From NCBI GenBank assembly GCA_050015075.1, contig JBEKCB010000003.1, positions 128,001 to 192,000 of the forward strand: a stretch of 64,000 nt of DNA, read 5' to 3'. This document shows positions 37,706 to 46,923 of the stretch, one piece after another. The notes below the pieces were generated by a model. The model ran no database searches, was not told where the DNA came from, and worked only from the letters and a program-made list of their open reading frames with translations. A program made the position numbers and the translations under genes. This DNA is from Candidatus Brocadiia bacterium. GTDB lineage: Bacteria; Planctomycetota; Brocadiia; CAIUPP01. Position 1 is the first letter of the stretch. Each line of letters opens with the position of its first letter.

Positions 37706-38368
37706 TTAGCCCCTCCTTTCCCCCGAGTCCACAAACTTGCCCATAGTTCTCACAATGATGATGAAGTCCACCCACCAGCACATGCGCTGGGCGTACATGG
37801 TGTCGAGCTTGACTTTCCGGCGCACGTCGCGCAACGCGTGGTCGTAACCGGCGCGCACCTGCGCCAGGCCGGTGATCCCCGGCTTGACGGTGAGCCGCTG
37901 ATCGTAGCCGGGAATGCGTTCCCGGAGCTGCTGCACGAAATGAGGCCGCTCCGGCCGAGGACCGACGAGGCTCATTTCGCCGCGGACCACGTTGACGAGC
38001 TGCGGCAGTTCGTCCAGATGCGACCGCCTGAGAAAACCGCCGACCAGGGTCACGCGCGAGTCGTGCGCATCGGCCCACACCGGGCCGCTCTTCGTCTCGG
38101 CGTCGGGGCGCATCGTCCGCACCTTGATGATATTGAATGTGCGCCCATGCTCGCCGACGCGCTCCTGCTTGTAGAATGCAGGACCGCGCGAGGTCAACTT
38201 GACCAGCAGCGCGGTGAGACCGATGATCGGCGCGAACGCGACGAGCAATATAAGTCCGACGATGCGATCGAACTTCGGCTTCATCGAGCGGTATTTCGTC
38301 CGCAGATACCGCACGCCCATGGCGATGAAGCCTGTTCCGAGCAATGTAAGTGTTGCGGGTTCCGGCAT
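37706..38368 (-). CDS. Priming phosphoglycosyl (sugar) transferase with N-terminal PEP-CTERM-like motif
   Basis: KQERVG..KVRTM, D.RVT.VG.FLR..HLDELPQL.NV..GEMSLVGPRPE, KPGITGLAQV; begins MPEPATLTLLG after AGAGGGA. Confidence 0.92.
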   Translation of the reverse strand: MPEPATLTLLGTGFIAMGVRYLRTKYRSMKPKFDRIVGLILLVAFAPIIGLTALLVKLTSRGPAFYKQERVGEHGRTFNIIKVRTMRPDAETKSGPVWADAHDSRVTLVGGFLRRSHLDELPQLVNVVRGEMSLVGPRPERPHFVQQLRERIPGYDQRLTVKPGITGLAQVRAGYDHALRDVRRKVKLDTMYAQRMCWWVDFIIIVRTMGKFVDSGERRG

Positions 38369-38932
38369 TAGTCCCTCTGTTCTGATCCCGATAGTCTGAT
38401 CGTCTACTGAACCAAAGCAAGATGCATGCCAATAATTTCCATTAATCCGGGCCCGAAACCGCCGTGCGTGGAATGCACTGTCAAATAAGGACATAGGACA
38501 CTTTTGAATCTGAAATTATCTGCGAATCCGCGTTTTTAGGGGAATCGTATATGAAAACCGTGTTGAGAGGGCTAGACAGACTGGACTTCACGGAATGACA
38601 CTTAACAACATAACGTGCATTCTTATAGTGCGTTATGACGCGTTCATAATTTTAGACTCGCGAAAGTGATTTGAACTTGGGCCGAAGCCAGCCTGGCTAT
38701 GATGCTAACGTGCGCTCTAACAGGGACTTGCGATGAACCGTTTCAGGGCTGTGGAGTTCTTGTGGAAAAGCGGATGCAATGCTGAAAAGCCACGGCGAAG
38801 CCGTGTTGTGGACTCTCGGCGCGACGGGGTTCGAACGTCGAAATGCATCCGCTTGACCATGAGGCGCGCTCAAGGTATGCTTGTGGACGCACTGCGACTT
38901 GCCGTTTCGCTTTCCGCCCTGGGATGGGTTTC

Positions 38933-39784
38933 ATGGATCAAGCCGCGTCGGGCAAGACACTGGGTTTGGCCTTGGGCGGAGGCAGCGAACTGGGGCTGGC
39001 GCATCTGGGCGTGCTGTGCGTGCTCGAAGAGCACGGCATTCGAGCCTCATTTATTTCCGGCTGCAGCGCCGGAGCGCTCGTGGCGGCTTTTTACGCCGGC
39101 GGCGCGCCGGTGGAATTCATGCGCGAGATCGGGCTGAGGCTCAACTGGCGCGCGCTCCAGAAGTTCACGCTGCCGGTGCTGGCGCTCTCGACGAACGAGC
39201 CGCTGGGGCGGTTCCTCCAACGATTCCTGCCCGCGCGCGATTTCGCATCGCTCAAGATACCGATCCGGCTCGTGACGACGGACCTGCTTACGGCGGAGAT
39301 GGTGGTCTTTCAAGGCGGGCCGCCGTTCAAGCCGCTCGGGATCATCGAGGACCCGGAAGTGGTTTTCGAGACCGGCGATTTCATCGAGGCGGTCCGGGCG
39401 AGCTGCGCCCGGCCGGTCATCAATCGCCCGGTGAAGATCGGCAAGCGGCTGCTCGTGGACGGCGCATTGACGAACAATGTGCCCGCGCTGCTGACGCGCG
39501 ACATGGGCGCCGACGTGGTCGTCGCGGTGGACCTGCACCGGCGCCAGTGGAAGGACAAGCCGCCCACGAACATCTTCACCTACGCCGTCCAGGCCCAGGC
39601 GATCCACCTGCACTGGAGCATCAAGCACCGCAAGGTCGCCGCCGACGTGGTGATCCATCCCGACTTCAGCCAGGTGCGCGCGCTGGATTTTTCGGCGGGG
39701 AAGGATCTGGTGCGCTGTGGCGAGGAAGCCGCGAGGAACGCGCTGCCGGCGATTCAGGAAGCCCTGGCCTGCCCGAAGCCGTAA
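38933..39784 (+). CDS. Patatin-like phospholipase
   Basis: LALGGGSELG, GCSAG nucleophile motif, VDGA. Confidence 0.88.
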   Translation: MDQAASGKTLGLALGGGSELGLAHLGVLCVLEEHGIRASFISGCSAGALVAAFYAGGAPVEFMREIGLRLNWRALQKFTLPVLALSTNEPLGRFLQRFLPARDFASLKIPIRLVTTDLLTAEMVVFQGGPPFKPLGIIEDPEVVFETGDFIEAVRASCARPVINRPVKIGKRLLVDGALTNNVPALLTRDMGADVVVAVDLHRRQWKDKPPTNIFTYAVQAQAIHLHWSIKHRKVAADVVIHPDFSQVRALDFSAGKDLVRCGEEAARNALPAIQEALACPKP

Positions 39785-39793
39785 GGAAACGCC

Positions 39794-40624
39794 CTACCCT
39801 TTTTGCGCGCCGCTTAACCGGTTGGTCACCAGCCCGTCCCAGTTGAAGTCCGGGTAGCATTCTCGAAGCCGGCTCAGCATGTAGTCGGGCGACTCCTGGA
39901 AGGTCTGCGTCCGTTCCATGAAGAAGTAGCGCAGGTCGCCGGCCGCCATGCGATAGCGGTTCTCGAACAGGCTCAGCGGCGTCCGGTCCTGGTAGAAGCG
40001 GCGCAGCAGCACCGGCCGTCCCTGGCATTCCTCCTCGACGCGCTCCAGGTCGAGCCGCCGGGCGATGGCCGGATTCCCGCTCACGCTCGGGTAGGCTCGC
40101 AGACCGCCGAGGGGCGTGAAGAGGAGGTACTCATGGTAGAACTTGTCGTGATGCGGGTTGACCGTGATGCAGAGGTCGGTGGACTTCAGCGACAGGGTCG
40201 CGTAGTCGAAGACCAGCTTCATGAGCGCGAGCACCATCGCCAGCGAGCGCGAGACGGACAGGCGGCGATCCGCGAGCATCGTGACCTCGATCAGCCGCCG
40301 GCCGGCGTCGCGCAGGGCCTGGACCTCGTCGTGGTAGATCTCGTCCATGGGCAGCCCGACCGGCGTGTCGGGGATCACCGACACCGTGGCGATGACTTCG
40401 TCGCGGATCACGCCGACGAAAGTGACCGTGCTCGGGAACGCGTTGAAGATCGTGAGGCGCAGGCCGGAAGAATTCGGCGGAATATAATCGCGGGTTCGAT
40501 AGTTCTGGTAGACCAGCTCGTACGCGCTTTCAAGCTCAGCGCGGCTGAGCGCCGGCCGGATCTCGAGGTCGCCGCTTCCCCCACGGTCAGCCTCGCCGGG
40601 CGTCGCGCTATCCTTCGGGATCAT
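39794..40624 (-). CDS. FeeM-like N-acyl amino acid synthase / GNAT (start uncertain)
   Basis: AYELVY..Y, TVSVIPD...GLPMD, IEVTMLA, ITVNPHH..FY. Confidence 0.75.
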   Translation of the reverse strand: MIPKDSATPGEADRGGSGDLEIRPALSRAELESAYELVYQNYRTRDYIPPNSSGLRLTIFNAFPSTVTFVGVIRDEVIATVSVIPDTPVGLPMDEIYHDEVQALRDAGRRLIEVTMLADRRLSVSRSLAMVLALMKLVFDYATLSLKSTDLCITVNPHHDKFYHEYLLFTPLGGLRAYPSVSGNPAIARRLDLERVEEECQGRPVLLRRFYQDRTPLSLFENRYRMAAGDLRYFFMERTQTFQESPDYMLSRLRECYPDFNWDGLVTNRLSGAQKG

Positions 40625-40822
40625 CAACAAGACACGTCCTACATACCCGGAAAGGACAGTCCGTCCTTCTCCTGAAACAGCCCCAGCCAAAGGATTCTAC
40701 GTGACGACTTACCGATAGTCAACTCCGATGTCAAGAATATTTTCCAACGCCGCGCGCCGGCGCGCCCGCCGGGAACTTGCTTTTTCCGGCATCGTGTCCC
40801 GATGAGGTAATAAAAAAACCGC

Positions 40823-41593
40823 TCAGCGCGTCTGCAATCTCACCGCCCTCGGCGCCTCAACCGGGCCGCCGGCCGTCGCGCTCAAGCGCAGCACCGACGC
40901 GCGTCCGCCCAGGTCGCACGTCACCGAGAATGCCGCGTCGCCGTCGCGCCGGCATGAGAAGCGCGGCGTCGGCTCGCCCGCGCGCCGCGGACAAAACACG
41001 GTCAGCGTCTCGACCGCCGGCGCGGTGAGCGAAAGCCTGACCTGCGGCCGGCCGCGGTTGTCGCCGAGCGCCAGTTCCGGCGCCGGCGCGCGCGGCCAGA
41101 GCACCTCCGCCACGCAGATGTTCTCCGCGCCGTGGATCACGAACCGCGCGCCGACGCCGAGCGAAATGCGATTGTGCGCGTCCGTGTGCCAAAGGAGGTC
41201 CGCGGTGAACGGGCGGCCGTCCTTCTCATTCACGTCGAGCACCGCCAGGTAAGGCGCGGGGCTGGCGCGGACGAGCACCACTCGCCGCAGCGCGCGGCGC
41301 ACGCGGCCGTCCGGCCCGGCGCATGAGGCCGCATCGGCGAGCGTGGTGTCGAACGCCTCCGTCTCCTGCCCGCCGAGCAACCTGCGTTTCGTATCAGCCG
41401 CGCGGACGTCGCCGCAGCCGTCGTCCACCAGGAACGTCTCGCCCAGCGCGCAAAACGCCGCAGAGTTGAAATCACTCTCGCGCTCGCGCGCGCACTGCTG
41501 GCCCCCGCAGAAGTGCGTGACGCGCCAGTCGGATGAGGCTTGGTCTTTTGGAGAGACCGCCATATCAGAATTCATCTCGTCTTCGTCCGCCAT
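40823..41593 (-). pseudogene. Probable C-terminal fragment of a larger (heparinase II/III-like) protein
   Basis: DFNS..F.ALGETFLVDDG, R.VVLVR..YLAVLD..LLWHT; acidic N-terminus abuts a TCGTCC repeat and resembles it. Confidence 0.45.
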
Positions 41594-41673
41594 CTCGTCC
41601 TCGTCCTCGCTCTCGTCCTCGTCCTCGGCCGTTCGTCACACTAGTTCGAGGACGAGGACGACGACGAGGACGA
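41594..41673. repeat. TCGTCC/GGACGA tandem-repeat palindrome, copy 1
   Basis: ctcgtcctcgtcctcgctctcgtcctcgtcctcg ... cgaggacgaggacgacgacgaggacga. Confidence 0.85.
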
Positions 41674-41687
41674 TAGCTTCGCGTCGC

Positions 41688-42803
41688 TCACCCATTAAAA
41701 ATCCGATCCGCCGCGTCGAGCCATTCCAGGTAGTTGCGCGCGTAGATTTCCGGGCAGGGCCGCTCGAACGGCGTGCCGGTCGGCGACAGGATGTACCCGG
41801 TCCGCCCGTTGACCACGCGCGCGATCTCCTCGACCTTGCGCGTCATCCGGCCCGGCGGCGCGGTGTAGAGATCCTGGTCCTGAAGGTAGCCCATCAACCC
41901 GATGCGCCCTTCCGCCTGCTGCATCAGTTCGGCGAGCTTGATGTCCCCCTGGTCCGGCGGCTCGATCGGCTCGAGCAGGTCCGCGCCGGTCTTGAGAATC
42001 TCCGGGAAAATTTCCCGCACGCGCCCGTGGCAGTGGATGCCGCAGAGCAGGCCGCCGCCGTGGATGATCTCCGTCAACTTGCTCAGATATGGCGTGACAA
42101 GCCTGCCGAAGAGCGAAGGCGACATCGCCGGCGGCGTGCAGATTTCGGGGCCGTCGGTGTGGAGGACGCAGTCGAGGCCGTGGCAGGCGGCGACGATCCG
42201 GCGCAGGTCCTCGCTGCAGCGCTCGAATGCCCAGTCCTCCATGCGCTGGACCGCGGGCAGGTCGGTCATGCAGCGCTCGCGGAAATCGTCGAAGTCGAAG
42301 AGCCCCGCGACGGCGGACATCGGCTCGGCGAACGCGATGCCCATCACCGCGCGGTCGCCGGCGGAGACATGGAACTCGCGGGCGCGCATGATGTCAACTT
42401 CCGGCGGATCGTACGGCAGCGAGAGAATGCATTCGATGTCCGCGTCGGAGGTGATGAACGGCTTGACCAGCCGCGCGGGCTTGCCCTCGGGCATGCTCAT
42501 CGTCTCGGTCAGGTCGCCCTCCGGCGTGTGGAGAATCGTGCGCCGGACGCGCGCGTCGCCGACACCCTCGATGCGCCGGTCGAGCAGGCCCGGCCGCTGG
42601 CGGATCAATCCATGCGCCGGCGGCAGGACGCTGATCTTCGCGAACGCGCCCGCGCATTGTTCGATCTTGCTCAGCAGCGGCGCGTAAGTCGGGTCCTCGG
42701 CGTGGCCGCTGCCCGCATACGGGAACAGGTTATATGCCGAGAACGGCACGCGGTCCACCGGCCGTCGGCGCATTGCGGCAAGCATACGCTCTTTGCGAGT
42801 CAT
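41688..42803 (-). CDS. Uroporphyrinogen decarboxylase superfamily (MtaA/CmuA-like) protein
   Basis: MT.KER..AAM....DRVP, TPEG.L, HCHG, GYILSP. Confidence 0.85.
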   Translation of the reverse strand: MTRKERMLAAMRRRPVDRVPFSAYNLFPYAGSGHAEDPTYAPLLSKIEQCAGAFAKISVLPPAHGLIRQRPGLLDRRIEGVGDARVRRTILHTPEGDLTETMSMPEGKPARLVKPFITSDADIECILSLPYDPPEVDIMRAREFHVSAGDRAVMGIAFAEPMSAVAGLFDFDDFRERCMTDLPAVQRMEDWAFERCSEDLRRIVAACHGLDCVLHTDGPEICTPPAMSPSLFGRLVTPYLSKLTEIIHGGGLLCGIHCHGRVREIFPEILKTGADLLEPIEPPDQGDIKLAELMQQAEGRIGLMGYLQDQDLYTAPPGRMTRKVEEIARVVNGRTGYILSPTGTPFERPCPEIYARNYLEWLDAADRIFNG

Positions 42804-42964
42804 AAGACTAGCCCCTATAAGTCTTTACACACGCCGGGCCGCGTTCGTCATAAGATGCTTTTGGGCAGTGCTTTGCGTCAAATTGGATTCGTTTTTTCAA
42901 ATCACCTTTTGCGCGTTATCTTCTTCCCCTGCATCATCTTGCAACTTCCCATACCACCGAGCGC

Positions 42965-42993
42965 AGTATACCATAATATTTCTGACTTGTCAA
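42965..42993 (-). promoter_or_regulatory. Sigma70 promoter
   Basis: TTGACA-17 bp-TATACT. Confidence 0.7.
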
Positions 42994-43004
42994 GTAAGCA
43001 CCCG

Positions 43005-44816
43005 CTATTTTTTCTGCGCCGGATGTTCAGCCAGATACTTGCGCAGCATCTCCGCAATATCCTCGTGGCCCTGTTTCGCCGCGTACGTTATCGGCGTCCT
43101 TGCATTGGGCTCGGTGTAGAGCGCCTCGGCCGCGTCCGGCTGCGCGCCGGCGGCCAGGAGCGCTTGGACGACGTCCTTGCGCCCGGCGCCGGCGGCCCAG
43201 AAGAGTGGCGTGCGGCCCCAGCGGTCGCGCGCCTCGATCTGCGCGCCTTTCGAGATGAGCAGTTGCGCGATTTCCTTTGTGACGGCCAGATGCAGCGGCG
43301 TCTGATTCGCGAGCGCCAGCGCATTCACGTCCGCGCCCTTCGCCAGGAGTTCCTCGACAGCCGCCAGGTCGCCGCGGTTGGCCGCGCGATGCAGCGGCGT
43401 CAAGCCGAGGCGATCCACGTCCGGCTGCGCGGCCTGAGCAGCTGCATTGGGAGGCCTTTCCCTTTCCTGCTCTTCCGCTACGGAGAGCTTCCAGTCGTTG
43501 GTTTGAAAACGGATCAAATCCATGGTGGAATCCACACGCGATCTAAAGATACCGTCCTTTACACGCTGGTTGACGCCCTCCCCAATGAACTCCGCCCCGC
43601 CGGTATCCGTGAGCTCCGCACCGACACTCCAAACCAACCAGCCTCCCTTAGTGGTCCTGTAGCGCAGCGGCTTGGCCGAGAACGGATCGAGCGGGACCTT
43701 CGGCAGGAACTCGGGGCAGAGCGCGTCGAGAGTCTCCGGCAGCTTGCCGTGCTGTCGCTCGTAGAGCGCGATGGCCGCGCGGATCTGAAGCACGCGGAGC
43801 TGCGTGTCCATTCGGCTGAGCAGCACCCGCCAACCCCAGAACCCCACGAGAGCTTCATCATACCCTGGGCCTATCGGCGTGTCCTGCTGCAGCCACCTTT
43901 GAGCAGCGGGGTTGTTGATGATCTCGTAAACAGGAAGATCCGCGTCCTTCCGGGTAGCCACGAAGGTTCGGCTGTGTCCGTGGATGATATCGGTTATCTT
44001 CTTGGCTATCCTCGTGCGGAGCCCGCCGGCGCGAAGACATGCGGCAGTATATTCCGCATCACATTCGACACTGTCCGCGATCTCTCCAGGCCTCGTCTCG
44101 GCCTCCGGACAGGACTGGATGATTTTCCTCAGATCGTCGTCCGGCAACTCAGCGTTCGCGACTAACCGGTCGAGTGATGTTGCGCCAATGGAAACGATGA
44201 GCAAGCCAATGGAGATCTGGAAATTAACTCCGTTCCGAAGCTGCGCGCCGATACGAAGGCAGGCCAGGTAAGGCTCGACAGCGGCATGCGGCCTGTCGTT
44301 TAGTTCCTCGGCAAGCCCGGCATTGCCGAAGCGCCTGCCCAACGTCCACAGCGAGGCCAGGCAATATTTGCAGGGATCCGGATAGCCGTTCGCTGCGCCC
44401 GAATGGTTCACTGTGCTTATGAAGATCGGCATCCGGCAGACCGAATGCGAGTGCGCCTCGACGGCCATGTCCATCGCCGGCTTGTTCGCCGCCACCCACG
44501 CCTCGAGCGCGGCCAGGTCGCCTGTGTACGGATACCAGGACTCGCCCGTGCCCGCAGGAGCGCCGTCGCTCTTCATCAGGCTGACGGCCTTCGCATAGTA
44601 GAATGCCACATTCTCTTCCACCGGGACGGTCGGCCACAGAACGGGGAACTGCTTCAGTTCTTTCGCGGTCGGATGCCGCAGCATGGCGGAATCGGAGAGG
44701 ATCTTGAGCATGGCGGAGTAGTCGTACCATGGCGCAGTGCGCGACGGCGTGCTGGCGCTGAGCAGCAGAAGCGCTCCGCCGAGCAGCAGAAGCGCGGCGC
44801 AGGCGATGATCGCCAT
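43005..44816 (-). CDS. Membrane-anchored protein with C-terminal ankyrin repeats
   Basis: N-terminal hydrophobic helix; GLTPLHRAA, QTPLHLA, GRTPLFWAA, RTPITYAA. Confidence 0.85.
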   Translation of the reverse strand: MAIIACAALLLLGGALLLLSASTPSRTAPWYDYSAMLKILSDSAMLRHPTAKELKQFPVLWPTVPVEENVAFYYAKAVSLMKSDGAPAGTGESWYPYTGDLAALEAWVAANKPAMDMAVEAHSHSVCRMPIFISTVNHSGAANGYPDPCKYCLASLWTLGRRFGNAGLAEELNDRPHAAVEPYLACLRIGAQLRNGVNFQISIGLLIVSIGATSLDRLVANAELPDDDLRKIIQSCPEAETRPGEIADSVECDAEYTAACLRAGGLRTRIAKKITDIIHGHSRTFVATRKDADLPVYEIINNPAAQRWLQQDTPIGPGYDEALVGFWGWRVLLSRMDTQLRVLQIRAAIALYERQHGKLPETLDALCPEFLPKVPLDPFSAKPLRYRTTKGGWLVWSVGAELTDTGGAEFIGEGVNQRVKDGIFRSRVDSTMDLIRFQTNDWKLSVAEEQERERPPNAAAQAAQPDVDRLGLTPLHRAANRGDLAAVEELLAKGADVNALALANQTPLHLAVTKEIAQLLISKGAQIEARDRWGRTPLFWAAGAGRKDVVQALLAAGAQPDAAEALYTEPNARTPITYAAKQGHEDIAEMLRKYLAEHPAQKK

Positions 44817-44921
44817 CCGTGGAAATCGGCGACGAAAGTTTTTTTCTATCCTGGGCCCTCACTACGGCGGAAGCGGGACTACTGAGGCATTGTAATGGTC
44901 AACTGTTGCGGGTACAAGAGA

Positions 44922-45026
44922 TTTGGACATTGGAAATTGGGAGATGGGAAAATTGGGTGATTAGGAAGTGAGGTGCAATCTCCGAATTACCCAATCTCCT
45001 AATCACCTAATCTCCCAGTCACCCAT
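44922..45026. repeat. 8-mer tandem-repeat palindrome
   Basis: aattgggagatgggaaaattgggtgattagg ... acccaatctcctaatcacctaatctcccagtcaccca. Confidence 0.75.
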
Positions 45027-45420
45027 TGTTCTTCCAAATCCACACCTGCCGCTTCTGCACGCCCCATTGCACGGCGTCGTTGTACTTCTGGAAGAAGAGT
45101 TCGACGCGCCGGCCTTTGATCGCGCCGCCCCGGTCGTGGACCTCGACGAGGCCGACGCCTTCGATCCAGAGTTTGGTCCCGAACGGGATGTCCTTCGGCG
45201 CGGAGACCAGGACTCCTTTGAAGCCGGGCGCGTAGGTGCCGTCGGCAGTGATGCCGTCGGATTTCCCGCAGCAGGCCACGCACGCGGAGTAGCCGGTGAC
45301 GCGGTATTCGCCCATCGGCGTCCAGGTCCCGCGCGGCGCAGGCGCGGTCGCGGGCGCAACCGCGGCGGCCGACGCTGTAAGGATCAGGAATAAGATGGGA
45401 ATCGTTATGATTGTTTTCAT
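45019..45420 (-). CDS. Secreted 3D domain protein
   Basis: Signal peptide; VTGY..CCGK.DGITADG, IPFGTKLWIEGVG, HDRGGAIKG. Confidence 0.85.
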   Translation of the reverse strand: MKTIITIPILFLILTASAAAVAPATAPAPRGTWTPMGEYRVTGYSACVACCGKSDGITADGTYAPGFKGVLVSAPKDIPFGTKLWIEGVGLVEVHDRGGAIKGRRVELFFQKYNDAVQWGVQKRQVWIWKNNG

Positions 45421-45587
45421 GGCTTGTCCTCCCCTCTGTAAGTATACAACGCGATTTCGGCGTGTGCGGGACCGGCGCGCGAGAATATGATGAAACCGCC
45501 AATAATGACGGGCGTTTCCTCGCGTTCCAAAATCCTCGCCGCCGCGCCGGATTTTCGCCGGTGATCGTCCTCGTCGTCAGCTTTGCA

Positions 45588-45676
45588 TCGTCCTCGTCCT
45601 CGCTCTTGTCCTCGTCCTCGAACGGCAGTTCTGAACCGACGGCCGAGGACGAGGACGACGACGAGGACGAGGACGA
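45588..45676. repeat. TCGTCC/GGACGA tandem-repeat palindrome, copy 2
   Basis: tcgtcctcgtcctcgctcttgtcctcgtcctcg ... cgaggacgaggacgacgacgaggacgaggacga. Confidence 0.85.
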
Positions 45677-45781
45677 TTCGAGGAGTCGCATGCGAGTTCC
45701 GCATGACATTTTCCAACACGCAGGTTATAATCCGCGGAGGGGCTATGAGCCGGACGGGAAGCTCTTTATAAGGAGAAGGCG

Positions 45782-46759
45782 ATGGCGGCGCAGATCATCA
45801 ACGGCGAGGCGGTGGCGGCGGAAGTCACGGCCGCACTGAAGAAGGACGTCGAGGCGCTCAAGGCGAAGGGCGTCGCGCCGAAGCTGACGGCGGTGATCGC
45901 CACCGACAACAAGGGCGCGCGCATCTACGCCAGCAACCAGGCGAAGACCTGCGAGAAGATCGGCGTCGCCTACCAGCTCAGCGAGCTGCCGCCGGCGAGC
46001 ACCGAGGCGGAGATCATCGCGGCGATTCAAAAATTGAACGCCGATGCCTCCGTCAGCGGCATCATCATCCAGATGCCGCTGCCGGACGGCGTCAACGCGC
46101 GGCGGCTCCAGGCGATGATCGCCGCGTCGAAGGACGTCGAGGGCATGAGCCCGGCGAACCAGGGGCGCGTGGTGTACGCGCCGCAGCCGTTCTACCGCAA
46201 GCCGCAGGCGGGCGAGCCGGGCTACGCGGACTGGCTCGAGAAGTCGCTCGGCTGGCCGCTGCCGGCGCCGGCGCCCTGCACGCCCTGCGGCGCGATGATG
46301 CTCATCCGCTCGCTCAAGCTGGATCTCTACGGCAAGGAGGCCGTCGTCGTCGGCCACAGCGAGATCGTCGGCAAGCCGATGGCGCTGCTGCTGGTGGCGC
46401 ACTTCTGCACGACGACCTGGTGCCACATCGGCACGCGCGACCTGGCCGCGCACACGCGCCGCGCGGACATCCTCTGCGTCGGCGCCGGCAAGGCCGGCCT
46501 GGTCAAGGGCGACATGGTCAAGCCCGGCTCGGTGGTGATTGACATCGGCATCAACCGCATCCAGGAGACCGGCCCCGACGGCAAGCCCGTCCTCGACGAG
46601 AAGGGCCGGCCGAAGATGAAGACGGTCGGCGACGTGGAGTTCGACAAGGCGAAGGAGGTGGCCGGCTACATCACGCCCGTGCCCGGCGGCGTCGGGCCGA
46701 TGACCGTGGCGATGCTGCTGCGCAACACCGTCGAGGCGGCGAAGGCGCAGGTGAAGTAA
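45782..46759 (+). CDS. folD: Methylene-THF dehydrogenase/cyclohydrolase family
   Basis: QMPLP, KDVEG, PCTP, VIDIGINR, GDV, TPVPGGVGPMT. Confidence 0.93.
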   Translation: MAAQIINGEAVAAEVTAALKKDVEALKAKGVAPKLTAVIATDNKGARIYASNQAKTCEKIGVAYQLSELPPASTEAEIIAAIQKLNADASVSGIIIQMPLPDGVNARRLQAMIAASKDVEGMSPANQGRVVYAPQPFYRKPQAGEPGYADWLEKSLGWPLPAPAPCTPCGAMMLIRSLKLDLYGKEAVVVGHSEIVGKPMALLLVAHFCTTTWCHIGTRDLAAHTRRADILCVGAGKAGLVKGDMVKPGSVVIDIGINRIQETGPDGKPVLDEKGRPKMKTVGDVEFDKAKEVAGYITPVPGGVGPMTVAMLLRNTVEAAKAQVK

Positions 46760-46774
46760 AACAGCCTGTGTTAA

Positions 46775-46920
46775 ACCACCAAGGCAGCAAGGCGCAAAGA
46801 GAAAACGGCTTCCACCACGGAATACGCGAAGCACACGGAATGACTTTTCTAAATAGCTTCAGTGTCTTCCGTGTGTTCCGTGGTCGCAATACCAGTTGGC
46901 GTTCTTGGTAACTTGGTGGT
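46775..46920. repeat. Nested palindromes with 9-mer periodicity between convergent genes
   Basis: Outer accaccaag..cttggtggt; inner accacggaa..ttccgtggt (46814-46884). Confidence 0.75.
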
Positions 46921-46923
46921 GAT

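Noticed and set aside
38369-38494. 42-aa N-terminal extension of the sugar transferase in the ORF track
   Set aside because: AT-rich with no signal-peptide character; a Shine-Dalgarno-like AGAGGGA favours ATG38368, although the longer start is not excluded.
41594-45676. Repeats considered as a CRISPR array
   Set aside because: No regular repeat-spacer periodicity and no cas genes; they are isolated low-complexity palindromes.
44999-45839. Poly-Ser/Asp-Glu ORFs (44999-45709, 45411-45839)
   Set aside because: They are translation artefacts of the TCGTCC repeat.
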